DNA from: Candidatus Poribacteria bacterium
GTDB lineage: Bacteria; Poribacteria; WGA-4E; WGA-3G
Direction of reading: 5' to 3'
DNA: 64,000 bases
Assembly: GCA_965214095.1 (NCBI GenBank)
Contig: OZ243938.1
Span: 4,064,001-4,128,000, forward strand
The notes under the pieces are model-generated. The model was not told the origin of the DNA and did no database searches. It saw nothing but the letters and a program-made list of their open reading frames with translations. The translations under genes were made by a program, and so were the position numbers. Below are positions 47,053 to 56,816 of this stretch, in pieces; the first letter of the stretch is position 1; the number at the start of each line of letters is the position of its first letter.

Positions 47053-48234
47053 TCAATGTTCATAAGAAAAACTAACTATCTTCTTCTCAAGTCCATTCAT
47101 AGCCTCTTCAACAAGTGTGTTTACATCAATTCTTTCCTCTGCCTTATCTAATTCCACCTGTGTTGCGTGTGTTGCTGGATGCTTAGGGACAAATAGTGAA
47201 CAACAATCCTCATGTGGGAGTGTAGATACATCAAATGTCTCTATTTCTTCTGCTTTGGCAATGATCTCAACTTTATCAAACCCAATTAATGGACGGAGTA
47301 TCGGTATTTCCGCAACGACCTCAATTGAACGGAGATTCGGAAGTGTTTGCGATGCGACTTGTGCCAAACTTTCACCAGTAACAAGGGCTTCGGCATCAAC
47401 AAGGGACGCAACACGTTGTGCAATTCGTGTCATCATCCTTCTATACAGCAAGACACGATATGGCGCAGGTGTTTCTGTTACTATAGTTTGTTGAAGTTCA
47501 GCAAATGGAACAAGATAAAGTTCGCTTCTATAGTTCGACTCGGATAAGATGCGAGTCAATTCTACAACCTTTTCTAAAGAGGCTTTATCTGTATACGGAT
47601 AACTATAGAAATGAATAAATACCGCCTTCGTTCCGCGTTTAATCATCTGCCACGCTGCAACCGGAGAATCAATCCCACCAGAAAGCATCACAAGTACTTT
47701 GCCACTCACACCAACAGGTAATCCGCCAACGCCGCGAAGCTTATCAGTATAGATGTATGTATCGCTGTGTGTAACATTTATCCAAAATCGTAAATCCGGA
47801 TTGTGCATGTCAGCATTTGTACCGGTCTTTTGAATAACATACCCTCCGACTTCACGGCTAATCTCAGGTGAAGTTAGTGGAAAGGATTTATCTGTTCGTT
47901 TTGTTTCTACCTTAAGTGTCTCAAATTCTTTCCCATTTGTCAACTGAAATGCAGTTTCTTTTATCGCATCAATATCTTTGCTGGTACGAACAACAATTTC
48001 AAAATGCGCAACACCCATCACTCTTCTTAGTCGTTTCTCAATTTCTGGTATATCAGTATCTTGGTTAAGATATATCGCAATTCTATCGTGAAGTCGTTTT
48101 ACTTCTGCATAACCTGTTCCGCGCAATGACAATCTTATGTTTCGCGCAAGTTTCTTCTCAAAATAGATCCTATTCTTGCCCTTCAAACCGACTTCAGCGT
48201 AATGGACAAAAAAGAACTTGTCTGGATGTTCCAT
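47053..48234 (-). CDS. thiI: tRNA 4-thiouridine synthase (THUMP plus PP-loop)
   Basis: EVGLKGKNR, GGLPVG, LSGGIDSPVA, TGESLAQVASQT, RPLIG, EDCC. Confidence 0.95.
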   Translation of the reverse strand: MEHPDKFFFVHYAEVGLKGKNRIYFEKKLARNIRLSLRGTGYAEVKRLHDRIAIYLNQDTDIPEIEKRLRRVMGVAHFEIVVRTSKDIDAIKETAFQLTNGKEFETLKVETKRTDKSFPLTSPEISREVGGYVIQKTGTNADMHNPDLRFWINVTHSDTYIYTDKLRGVGGLPVGVSGKVLVMLSGGIDSPVAAWQMIKRGTKAVFIHFYSYPYTDKASLEKVVELTRILSESNYRSELYLVPFAELQQTIVTETPAPYRVLLYRRMMTRIAQRVASLVDAEALVTGESLAQVASQTLPNLRSIEVVAEIPILRPLIGFDKVEIIAKAEEIETFDVSTLPHEDCCSLFVPKHPATHATQVELDKAEERIDVNTLVEEAMNGLEKKIVSFSYEH

Positions 48235-48306
48235 AACTCTTATACCTAATACCAGATATCCATTGCTCATTGCTGTAGACAAATCGCTTAAGATAACCCA
48301 CAGATA

Positions 48307-48960
48307 TTAACTCAATACAGACTTGGTTGTACGGAAATGGAGTTTTGCCACATTTCGCAACGAATCTTCACCATTCAATCTAACAAATTCCTTACCAGCA
48401 GCAATGACCTGATTAGCACCTCTTGGCAATTGGAGTCCATATTTGTTAGATAATGTCTCTATCCCTTTTAGGAATTTATCACGGGCAATGATTGAAGCTG
48501 CTGCAACAGCGACATCTCTTTCTGCTTTCGTTTCAAGTTTTATGGTAATGTCTCGCTGTGTGAGTAGTCGTGATAAATTATTATACGGAAACTCATCCAC
48601 AAGTGCATGTTTCACATCCATGCGTTTCGCAAGCGTTTGAATCACCTTAATATGTAAATCGGCAAGGATTCTGGATGAATTCTCACAACGTTTCTCAAGT
48701 TCATCATACTGAGTATTATAATTGTCTGGCATCTTTTGCGCAACTACAATGTGTTGTTCATAATCCTTCCACATTGAATCGGCAAGTTTACTGACCCGTG
48801 TATTTGAGACCATTTTGCCGTCTGTTATTCCCATTTCCAATAACGTATCACGACACTCAGTATCTACATATACACCAGCCACAACCAATGGACCGAAGTA
48901 ATCTCCTTTTCCAGATTCATCTGTACCGATCCATCTATTCCATGTATGTAATTGATTCAT
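48307..48960 (-). CDS. rnhC: Ribonuclease HIII-like (catalytic domain only)
   Basis: IGTDESGKGDYFGPLVV, VDEF, KAE...VAAASIIAR, AKLHFRT. Confidence 0.75.
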   Translation of the reverse strand: MNQLHTWNRWIGTDESGKGDYFGPLVVAGVYVDTECRDTLLEMGITDGKMVSNTRVSKLADSMWKDYEQHIVVAQKMPDNYNTQYDELEKRCENSSRILADLHIKVIQTLAKRMDVKHALVDEFPYNNLSRLLTQRDITIKLETKAERDVAVAAASIIARDKFLKGIETLSNKYGLQLPRGANQVIAAGKEFVRLNGEDSLRNVAKLHFRTTKSVLS

Positions 48961-48965
48961 TTGTA

Positions 48966-49535
48966 TTATTGCTTTCTCTTATTATGTAAGGCTGCGATTT
49001 GAGTAACCTCACGACCGACCTTCTTGACCCGCTCCACCATTTCCAAATCGTATAAGTTACCATCAGCATCAAACGCATCCGATGCATGAGGAATTGAAAC
49101 TGAAGTTGGAATAACAAATGCACGTAGTACCGCACCAACTGTTCTTAACATTGACAACGCATTCACTGCACCCATCCTACCTCCGGACACTCCAACTAAA
49201 CCTACAACCTTATTCTCAAATTCATCGTAGCTCATGAGATCTAATGTATATTTTAAAACACCGCTAAAACTACCATGATACTCAGGAGTACCGAGTAAGA
49301 TACCGTCTGCCCGTTTGACTTTAGCTTTAAGTTTGAGAACTTCAGGTGGAAAATCAGAGTCATCCGCAACTGCACTCTGGAAGATAAGTCGGTATTCACG
49401 TAGATCAATTAATTCTACTTCTGCCCCTTCCTCTTCTGCTCCTGTGAGAGCAAGCGATAGGGCGGCGTGAGTAGTACTACCTTCTCGCAAACTGCCACAT
49501 ATTGCGACGACATTGATCTGATTTTTGATGACCAT
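48966..49535 (-). CDS. NADPH-dependent FMN reductase
   Basis: GSLREGS, TPEYHGSFSGVLK, SGG. Confidence 0.9.
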   Translation of the reverse strand: MVIKNQINVVAICGSLREGSTTHAALSLALTGAEEEGAEVELIDLREYRLIFQSAVADDSDFPPEVLKLKAKVKRADGILLGTPEYHGSFSGVLKYTLDLMSYDEFENKVVGLVGVSGGRMGAVNALSMLRTVGAVLRAFVIPTSVSIPHASDAFDADGNLYDLEMVERVKKVGREVTQIAALHNKRKQ

Positions 49536-49574
49536 ACTGAATTTCCTCAGACAATACTTCTTCACTTAGTGGTT

Positions 49575-50891
49575 TTATTTCTTTTTGATTTCTTCTTCTA
49601 TTTTTGAACGAAGATTAATATATTCAGCCATATTCGGATCAAGTGCAAGTGCACGATTGATGGTTTCTAATGCCTCTGTATACTGTTGACTACGATAATA
49701 TGTATACGCAAGTGTGTCGTAATGTTTAGATGTTGGTGACAAAGAAACTGCTTTCTGTGCAAGTGTGACTGCTTGTCCAGTTTCTCTACCAAGTCCAGCA
49801 TAAAGTCTTGCTAAATTATTATATGCCTCAGCAGATGTTTCATCCACCTCAATTGCACGCCTGAAGGCAACAATCGCTGGTTCAAATTGTTGACGATTGA
49901 TGTAGATAACGCCTAATTTCAACCACGCCTGAACATTTTTAGGGTCAATTTCCGTAATCTTTTGAAATGTTGCTGTCGCTTTTTCTAAATCCCGCTGATC
50001 GATAAACAAATTGCCGAGACGATAGTATATTGGCAAATATGTCGGGTGCAACTTATTAGCAATTTCGTAAACCCGTAGTGCATCAGCAATATTGTCATGT
50101 TGTTCATGAAGTTCACCTAACTTTAAATATAATATTGGCTCGTTCTGATGCTTATAGATCGTTTCACGAAACTGATGAACATTGTCAGAATATCTTTTCA
50201 TCACTTCAAATTGCATCATTACAGTTTTGGAATCTTCATACTTCTTGAGATTTCTGTAAGCAATTGCAAGACGATAATACGATTGCGGGTCATAAGGGTT
50301 TTGAACTATAGCTAAACGATAATTTTCTACAGCAGAAGAATAATCGCTCTGCATTTCTGCAACCCTACCCAAACCGTAATACGATTCAGTAAACTTTGGG
50401 TTCAGTTCAATACTCTTACGATAGGCTGTTCCTGCTTTATCAAATTGACGTGTTAGGAGATATGCTTCGCCGAGATGAATATATGCTTGTGCCGTCTTCG
50501 GATTAAGGGATATAGACTTAGTTAGGTGGGTTTGTGATAGAGTGATTTTACCTTGTTCCTTGTACACAATACCTAAATGAAGGTGTGCACTGCCATGTAT
50601 TGGAGGAGGAGCTTGAAAAATTAATGCCTTCTTATAGGCTTCTACTGCATCACTGAGTCTGTTCTGTTCTTGATACACCATCCCGATATAACAGTAGATT
50701 CCACTACTTGGATCTTGTCTGCGGATTTCTTCAAATACTGTCAGTGCCTTATCATACTGCTCCATCTCCATAAAGTTTAGACCGAGGAGTAAAGGATTGT
50801 TACCAGAATCGGTGTCACTCTTTACCGCAGGCACAATAGAAAAAAGAAAGAGAAAAATACTGATGCATATACGCAGACAAATGCTTAACAT
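49575..50891 (-). CDS. Secreted tetratricopeptide repeat protein
   Basis: Signal peptide and multiple TPR consensus units (AYIHLG...A...Y.KSIELNP). Confidence 0.9.
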   Translation of the reverse strand: MLSICLRICISIFLFLFSIVPAVKSDTDSGNNPLLLGLNFMEMEQYDKALTVFEEIRRQDPSSGIYCYIGMVYQEQNRLSDAVEAYKKALIFQAPPPIHGSAHLHLGIVYKEQGKITLSQTHLTKSISLNPKTAQAYIHLGEAYLLTRQFDKAGTAYRKSIELNPKFTESYYGLGRVAEMQSDYSSAVENYRLAIVQNPYDPQSYYRLAIAYRNLKKYEDSKTVMMQFEVMKRYSDNVHQFRETIYKHQNEPILYLKLGELHEQHDNIADALRVYEIANKLHPTYLPIYYRLGNLFIDQRDLEKATATFQKITEIDPKNVQAWLKLGVIYINRQQFEPAIVAFRRAIEVDETSAEAYNNLARLYAGLGRETGQAVTLAQKAVSLSPTSKHYDTLAYTYYRSQQYTEALETINRALALDPNMAEYINLRSKIEEEIKKK

Positions 50892-50918
50892 TATCTGTTA
50901 CCGATGCGGAGATTTAAA

Positions 50919-50958
50919 AATGTAAAGGGAAAATACTAATAGATTTTCCCTTTACATT
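50919..50958. terminator. Intrinsic terminator after the LamG gene
   Basis: Perfect 16-bp inverted repeat AATGTAAAGGGAAAAT/ATTTTCCCTTTACATT. Confidence 0.7.
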
Positions 50959-50989
50959 AAAAGTACATATTCTGTCAATGATTTAGATG

Positions 50990-51772
50990 TTAATCGCGGT
51001 GTGTTTTCAGTGTTCCCCATGTCGTTGTCAGCTTATCTTGTGGTTCAACCGAGATGAGTAGACCTGCCATAATATCTGAGACTTCATCTGTTGAGAGTCC
51101 ACGATCAAATACAAAGAAATCATCAATATAAAAGGTTGCAGACCTATATCCTGTCTGACCAATATACAATTTCTCTACACCTTGAGCATGATCCGCTGGA
51201 ACGTCATATTCACCGGCAACTTCGCCATCAATATGAAAACGGAACTTATCACCCTCTTTAACACCAGCAATATGATACCATCTTCCAACTTCAAAGAGTT
51301 GGTCTTCACCACCTGGTCCGGCACAACCAGAACCTAGGTTCCCAGGATTAAAACGATAATGAATATTTAAAGAATTTGGACAGACCCATACACCAGGTGA
51401 ACGATCAGAACCGGGAGCTTTCTTGGCAAAAATTTGACTCCATGCCCCATTATGCGCTTGAATAAAATGTAACCAAAACACGTAACTATGATCTTGATAA
51501 CTTTCCAATGATGAAAAAGATTCAACTGCTACACCCGCATCTTCATTTATCAATTCTAATGAACCCAAGCCAACTTTCTTTTCATCTGTATTTATACTAG
51601 CATTTGATATTGTACCGTTATTTCCATTACCTGTACCGTCAATTGCAGTACCATCAATATCTCTATCAAAACTGAAATACAAAATTAAACCATCATCTAA
51701 CGCTGCTTGTGTGGAGAGAACACCACAGAAACCAAGTAACGTTATAATAACTATATAGCTCAAAAAACGCAT
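50990..51772 (-). CDS. Secreted LamG-like jellyroll protein
   Basis: Signal peptide, LILYFSFD, WYHIAGV, IDDFFVFDR, C-terminal VEPQDKLTTTWGTLK; GAGGAGG RBS. Confidence 0.88.
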   Translation of the reverse strand: MRFLSYIVIITLLGFCGVLSTQAALDDGLILYFSFDRDIDGTAIDGTGNGNNGTISNASINTDEKKVGLGSLELINEDAGVAVESFSSLESYQDHSYVFWLHFIQAHNGAWSQIFAKKAPGSDRSPGVWVCPNSLNIHYRFNPGNLGSGCAGPGGEDQLFEVGRWYHIAGVKEGDKFRFHIDGEVAGEYDVPADHAQGVEKLYIGQTGYRSATFYIDDFFVFDRGLSTDEVSDIMAGLLISVEPQDKLTTTWGTLKTHRD

Positions 51773-51923
51773 GAGATAATTCCTCCTCATGTATACATGC
51801 CAATTTTAACTCGTTAATATTTTATTTTATAATGCTATACCACTATCTTTACCATATAGACCAAAGCAGAATAACAACATTCTAAGGGATAAGTACCCAG
51901 CAATATTATGTTAACTTGATATA

Positions 51924-51952
51924 ATTCTACATAAATTGTAAAAATATGTCAA
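51924..51952 (-). promoter_or_regulatory. Sigma70-type promoter
   Basis: TTGACA-17 nt-TAGAAT facing the 51772 gene. Confidence 0.6.
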
Positions 51953-52097
51953 GATAAAATACAATTTATTTTATAAACGTGAATATGTTGTAAAAGATAC
52001 CATTTAACCTAAGTTGCGACCTATGACTTCTTGGAGGGTTTCTAACCCCGATATATATCAACTACTGAATTGATCTAATCACTGGATTTATTGATTC

Positions 52098-52293
52098 TTG
52101 TCTGAACCAGGATTTTCAGGATTATGGGATTTCCAGGATAGGTGTTTTGTGTTTCCAAGTGCTACTCACAAGATAAAGGTCATCTTTTCAATAGGCACTC
52201 CAGCGTTCCAAACTCTTATCCTGGGGAATGCCAAAAGGCATTCATACCGTTGATTTGTCCATCTACTACTCCTGAAAATCTTGGTTCAGACAA
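52098..52293. mobile_element. MITE-like element with 24-bp terminal inverted repeats
   Basis: TTGTCTGAACCAGGATTTTCAGGA / TCCTGAAAATCTTGGTTCAGACAA (23/24 match); no ORF inside. Confidence 0.6.
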
Positions 52294-52387
52294 ATAGAAA
52301 TACAAGCTTCAAATTAATTTAACGTTTGTGAATAATATTCAACACATAATCCTAAAACTAAATAACCCTAAATATAATTTATTGTCC

Positions 52388-52416
52388 TTGACAAAAAAAT
52401 TTGATTCCTATAAAAT
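52388..52416 (+). promoter_or_regulatory. Sigma70-type promoter
   Basis: TTGACA-17 nt-TAAAAT facing the 52521 gene. Confidence 0.65.
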
Positions 52417-52520
52417 ATCACACAACTAAATTTAAATTAAAACAATGGTTTGAAAAGTAATTTGTGGTTTTATTGATACATCCACATCTTACAAACATAT
52501 TCTATATGGAGGTCACCACA

Positions 52521-53306
52521 ATGCGAATTTTACTATATCTGTCAATTCCACTCCTACTTTTTGTAGGAATAACAACAACACATGCTGTGAAAGACGACGG
52601 TTTAATCCTCTACTTCAGTTTTGATAATGCAAATGGGAAGACTATCAGCGATGAAACTGGTGGTGGTAATGATGCTACTATAATTAATAATGCTGAGATA
52701 ACTACCGAAGAGGCTAAACATGGAAGAGGCTCGTTAGAATGTGCAGAAGCCAGTTCCAGTGTAACAGTTGCTTCTTTCAAAGAATTGGAAGAATATCAGG
52801 ATAATTCATACTTATTTTGGTTGCGTTTTGTTGCAGGAAACACTGGTGGTTGGGACCAGATTATAGCAAAACATGCACCAGGGTCTAACCGTTCTCCTGG
52901 AATATGGACATGTACAAACACCTTGAATATCCACTGGCGGTTTGATGCTGGAAACCAAGGAACCCACTGCTCTGGTCCAGATGGAGAAGGAGACCAATTT
53001 GATATTGGTAATTGGTACCATCTTGCTGGTGTCAAGAAAGGTGGCACATTGACCTATTATGTAGATGGCAAATTAGTCGAAAATCAAAACGTTCCCGCAC
53101 AGCACGCGCAAGGTGGAGGTTTAATCTATATCGGCAAATCTCCCGACTATAATTCAGCAAAATTCCAACTGGATGATCTCTATATATACAACAGAGCACT
53201 CACTGCCGATGAAGTTTCCAGTGTAATGGATGGTGACTTACTGTCTGTTGAAGCACAAGATAAACTTACTATTAGATGGGGGCAGTTAAAAACACAACGC
53301 GATTAA
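52521..53306 (+). CDS. Secreted LamG-like jellyroll protein
   Basis: GGAGG RBS, signal peptide, LILYFSFD, WYHLAGV, LDDLYIYNRAL, C-terminal VEAQDKLTIRWGQLK. Confidence 0.88.
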   Translation: MRILLYLSIPLLLFVGITTTHAVKDDGLILYFSFDNANGKTISDETGGGNDATIINNAEITTEEAKHGRGSLECAEASSSVTVASFKELEEYQDNSYLFWLRFVAGNTGGWDQIIAKHAPGSNRSPGIWTCTNTLNIHWRFDAGNQGTHCSGPDGEGDQFDIGNWYHLAGVKKGGTLTYYVDGKLVENQNVPAQHAQGGGLIYIGKSPDYNSAKFQLDDLYIYNRALTADEVSSVMDGDLLSVEAQDKLTIRWGQLKTQRD

Positions 53307-53325
53307 TGTCAATTCCAAACAACAT

Positions 53326-53350
53326 AGGGATGGTTGAATATACCATCCCT
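53326..53350 (+). terminator. Probable terminator
   Basis: AGGGATGGT/ACCATCCCT hairpin followed by a T-rich tract. Confidence 0.5.
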
Positions 53351-53393
53351 TATTCATTTTCTTATCACAGTAAATCCATTTCAGAGGAACACA

Positions 53394-54182
53394 ATGAAAA
53401 AAGGTATATGCATAGGATCACTTCCCGGAGATTCAACCGAAGCACGGTTTAAAATCGCGAAAAAAACAGGTTTTGATGGCGTTGAAATAGGAACTTTGCA
53501 TTCAGATGAAGAACGCGTTAACATCAAACAATTAGCTGACAAGATTGGAATTGAATTGTGTAGTGTGATGAACGGAAAACATTGGTCACATCCACTATCA
53601 CATGAAGATCCATCAGTGAGAGAAGAATGCCATCAAGCAATGCTGAATTCTCTCGCTACTGCTGATGTGATTGAAGCAGATACTGTCCTACTTGTCGCAG
53701 CTGTCGTCAATAATCAGATAACTTATGAAGATGCTTATACACGGTCACAAGCAGAAATACAGAGATTGATACCAACTGCAAAGGAAAAAGGACTTAGTAT
53801 TGCGATAGAAAATGTTTGGAATAAATTCCTGTTGAGTCCCATTGAATTCGCACGTTATATTGATGAATTTGAGAGTGACGCTGTGACAGCATATTTTGAT
53901 GTTGGCAACATTGTAGCTTACGGTTTTCCTCAACATTGGATACGTTCACTCGGTTCACGCATCTCCAAAGTCCATGTCAAAGGCTTCAATGCCAATGAAC
54001 ATAGATTTACATATCTGATTGAAGACTGTACGATTGATTGGAACGCCGTGATGACTTCTCTAAATGATGTCGGTTATGACGATTACATGACTGCTGAACT
54101 GCCGGTTGGTGCGGATGACCCAGAAGGCACCGTACATCAGATTAGCGAAGATATGAGCAAAATAATTGCAGGAGAAGTCTAA
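53394..54182 (+). CDS. Sugar phosphate isomerase/epimerase (xylose isomerase-like TIM barrel)
   Basis: GFDGVE, IENVWNKFLLSP, YFDVGN, HVK, TAE. Confidence 0.88.
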   Translation: MKKGICIGSLPGDSTEARFKIAKKTGFDGVEIGTLHSDEERVNIKQLADKIGIELCSVMNGKHWSHPLSHEDPSVREECHQAMLNSLATADVIEADTVLLVAAVVNNQITYEDAYTRSQAEIQRLIPTAKEKGLSIAIENVWNKFLLSPIEFARYIDEFESDAVTAYFDVGNIVAYGFPQHWIRSLGSRISKVHVKGFNANEHRFTYLIEDCTIDWNAVMTSLNDVGYDDYMTAELPVGADDPEGTVHQISEDMSKIIAGEV

Positions 54183-54196
54183 TATTCTGAATCTAT

Positions 54197-54973
54197 ATGG
54201 AAGTTATTATTCAACCCAACCACCATCAAATTGCATCTATTGCAGCCAACATTATTCGTGATGCTATCCTTAAAAAACCAAACCTTGTCCTAGGTTTAGC
54301 AACAGGAAGTACACCAATAGAGTTGTACAAATCACTCGTCTGCATGCATAGAGAAGATGGTCTCGATTTTTCTGGTGTGACCACCTTCAATTTGGATGAG
54401 TATGTTGGTATTCCACTTGAGCATCCGCAAAGTTACCACACATTCATGGCACATCACTTTTTTGATCATGTCAATATACCAAAGGCAAATCAACATATCC
54501 CGCAGAACACTTCAGATAATCATGAAAAGTTCTGTGCAGCTTATGAGAAAAAAATAGTATGTGCAGGTGGTATTGACATCCAAATGTTAGGCATTGGGAC
54601 AGATGGACATATAGGATTTAATGAGGTAAGTTCATCACTTGCATCACGCACACGTATAGTTACACTATCACAAAGCACACTTGAAGCAAATGCCATACAT
54701 TTCAATTGCGATGTGAATGCTGTTCCACAAATGGCAATAACAATGGGAATAGAAACTATTATGGAAGCAAAGATGTGCCTATTATTAGCTTGCGGAAAAT
54801 CAAAATCACAAGCAATAGCCAAAGCAATAGAAGGTCCTATTACTTCAATGGTACCAGCATCCGTTTTACAGATGCATCCAAACACAGTCGCAATAATTGA
54901 TGAAGCAGCAGCAGCAATGTTAGATGAGGTAGAATACTATAACAGGTCTTATGCAAATATGCTATCACTGTAA
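54197..54973 (+). CDS. nagB: Glucosamine-6-phosphate deaminase
   Basis: LGLATGSTP, FNLDEY, GIGTDGHIGFNE, AITMGI, PASVLQMH. Confidence 0.95.
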   Translation: MEVIIQPNHHQIASIAANIIRDAILKKPNLVLGLATGSTPIELYKSLVCMHREDGLDFSGVTTFNLDEYVGIPLEHPQSYHTFMAHHFFDHVNIPKANQHIPQNTSDNHEKFCAAYEKKIVCAGGIDIQMLGIGTDGHIGFNEVSSSLASRTRIVTLSQSTLEANAIHFNCDVNAVPQMAITMGIETIMEAKMCLLLACGKSKSQAIAKAIEGPITSMVPASVLQMHPNTVAIIDEAAAAMLDEVEYYNRSYANMLSL

Positions 54974-55014
54974 TCACAGTAGAACTTTCTGTTCATAGCA
55001 AAACGTGATTAGGT

Positions 55015-56469
55015 TTAGACATCAGTTTCTTCGTCGCATAAACCGTATTCTTTAGTTTTTCGTTGTATTGTCCGCCGACTAATTTCAAGAATCTTTGCTG
55101 CTTTCGCTTTATTATTGTCAGTATATTCAAGCGTAGCGCGTAGAACTTCACGATTGATATCTTCAAGCGACATACCGACAGACACATTTAGAGAGTGACC
55201 GCCGTTGCCAAAAGAATCAGCATTATGCAAAGTTGGTGCAGAAGGCAGCACAGAATGCATTTCTTCCGCTTCCTTTAGGATACGCTCAGGCAAGTCATTT
55301 AATTCTAATGTCTGTTCGGTTGACATGACAACAAGTCCTTCAATACAGTTCTTTAATTCGCGCACATTCCCAGGCCAACTGTATTTCATGAGTGTACGAA
55401 CTGCCTCCGGTGTGAAATTCTTCAATGTTTTACCATTCTCTCTGCAAAATTCTTCTAAGAAATCGTTCACAAGCAGTGGTATATCTTCCATCCGCTCATT
55501 TAGTTTCGGCAGGTTGATAGATACTACATTAAGGCGATCATACAGATCGGGAAGGAATTTACCGTTGTTACAAGCAGCTTCTAAATCGTGATTAGTAGCA
55601 CAGATAATCCGAACATCAACCTGAATAGTCTTATCTCCACCTACGCGCTCAAATTCACGTTCTTCCAACACCCGAAGGAGACGTGCTTGGTTTGATAGAC
55701 TGAGTTGAGATACTTCATCAAGAAAAAGTGTCCCACCATTAGCAAGTTCAAATCTTCCCTTACGTTGAAGGTACGCGCCACTGAATGCCCCGCGTTCATG
55801 ACCAAATAATTCCGACTCTGCTAAATTCTCATTGAGTGTGGCACAATTAAATGCTATTAAATCTCCTTTTCGTAGACTCCTATGATGAATAGCTCGTGCT
55901 ACCAGTTCTTTTCCAGTACCTCGTGCACCATAGATCATCACTGTCGCCCGCGTCGGAGCAACCTGAGTAATCATCTCACGAATCTGCATAAGTTGTGGTG
56001 ATTTACCGGTGAGTCTACAGAGACCTTCTTTTTCATCAATTTGTGATCTGAGTTTGCGATTTTCAAAGGTCAGACGTTGATTGCGGAGTGTCTTTTTTAA
56101 AAGTGCCTTCAAATGCACAGGATTCAGCGGCTTGTAAAGAAAAAATGTGCCTTCATGTGCCAACATCGCCTTAATACCAATATCAGTTTCTAATACATTT
56201 GGCACAGTGATAAAGATAACTCCAATATCAGGATGATGTTTCGCAGCAGCATCCAAGAGCGTTAGACCATCAATCCGTTCAGCTTTTAAAGGCGCAATTA
56301 AGATGTTTATCGTTTCGTGTTCAAGTATATGAAATGCCTGATACATATTACTTGTTACAGTTAATTCCAGACCTTCACCATCAAGCGTTTGGCAAATTAC
56401 CTCACGTTGACGCTGATCTGAATCTACAATCAGGACGTTATTGTCAATATTCATTGTTCTCTGTTCCAA
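55015..56469 (-). CDS. Sigma54-dependent transcriptional activator (receiver-like, AAA+ and Fis HTH domains)
   Basis: GARGTGKE, ESELFGHERGAFSGA, LFLDEV, WPGNVREL, C-terminal HTH; receiver atypical. Confidence 0.92.
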   Translation of the reverse strand: MEQRTMNIDNNVLIVDSDQRQREVICQTLDGEGLELTVTSNMYQAFHILEHETINILIAPLKAERIDGLTLLDAAAKHHPDIGVIFITVPNVLETDIGIKAMLAHEGTFFLYKPLNPVHLKALLKKTLRNQRLTFENRKLRSQIDEKEGLCRLTGKSPQLMQIREMITQVAPTRATVMIYGARGTGKELVARAIHHRSLRKGDLIAFNCATLNENLAESELFGHERGAFSGAYLQRKGRFELANGGTLFLDEVSQLSLSNQARLLRVLEEREFERVGGDKTIQVDVRIICATNHDLEAACNNGKFLPDLYDRLNVVSINLPKLNERMEDIPLLVNDFLEEFCRENGKTLKNFTPEAVRTLMKYSWPGNVRELKNCIEGLVVMSTEQTLELNDLPERILKEAEEMHSVLPSAPTLHNADSFGNGGHSLNVSVGMSLEDINREVLRATLEYTDNNKAKAAKILEISRRTIQRKTKEYGLCDEETDV

Positions 56470-56599
56470 ATATCCAACATTAAAATATCAAGTGAAGGAT
56501 ACAAATTAAATCATAATATAACGAAGCATTATGGAACTGATATTGGATATTGTCTGCATCAATTTACAGAAATATCTTCCACACCTTGGTGTTATATAG

Positions 56600-56629
56600 A
56601 TTATACCTGATATTTGTATGAAGCGTCAA
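56600..56629 (-). promoter_or_regulatory. Sigma70-type promoter for the activator gene
   Basis: TTGACG-18 nt-TATAAT. Confidence 0.5.
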
Positions 56630-56674
56630 TATAAATGTTCAATTACAAAAAGGTTTAAACAATATAGGTTTTTG

Positions 56675-56703
56675 TTGACATTGAATCTCAATATGTGTAT
56701 ACT
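56675..56703 (+). promoter_or_regulatory. Sigma70-type promoter
   Basis: TTGACA-17 nt-TATACT. Confidence 0.6.
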
Positions 56704-56816
56704 AATTGATACAAAATCTCAATTAATCTAGTACATTTCTAATCAAGGACATATCTTGCATTTAATCATTTAACTAGAGAATATTTATCATTTACACAAG
56801 GGTCAAAAGGGGGAGT

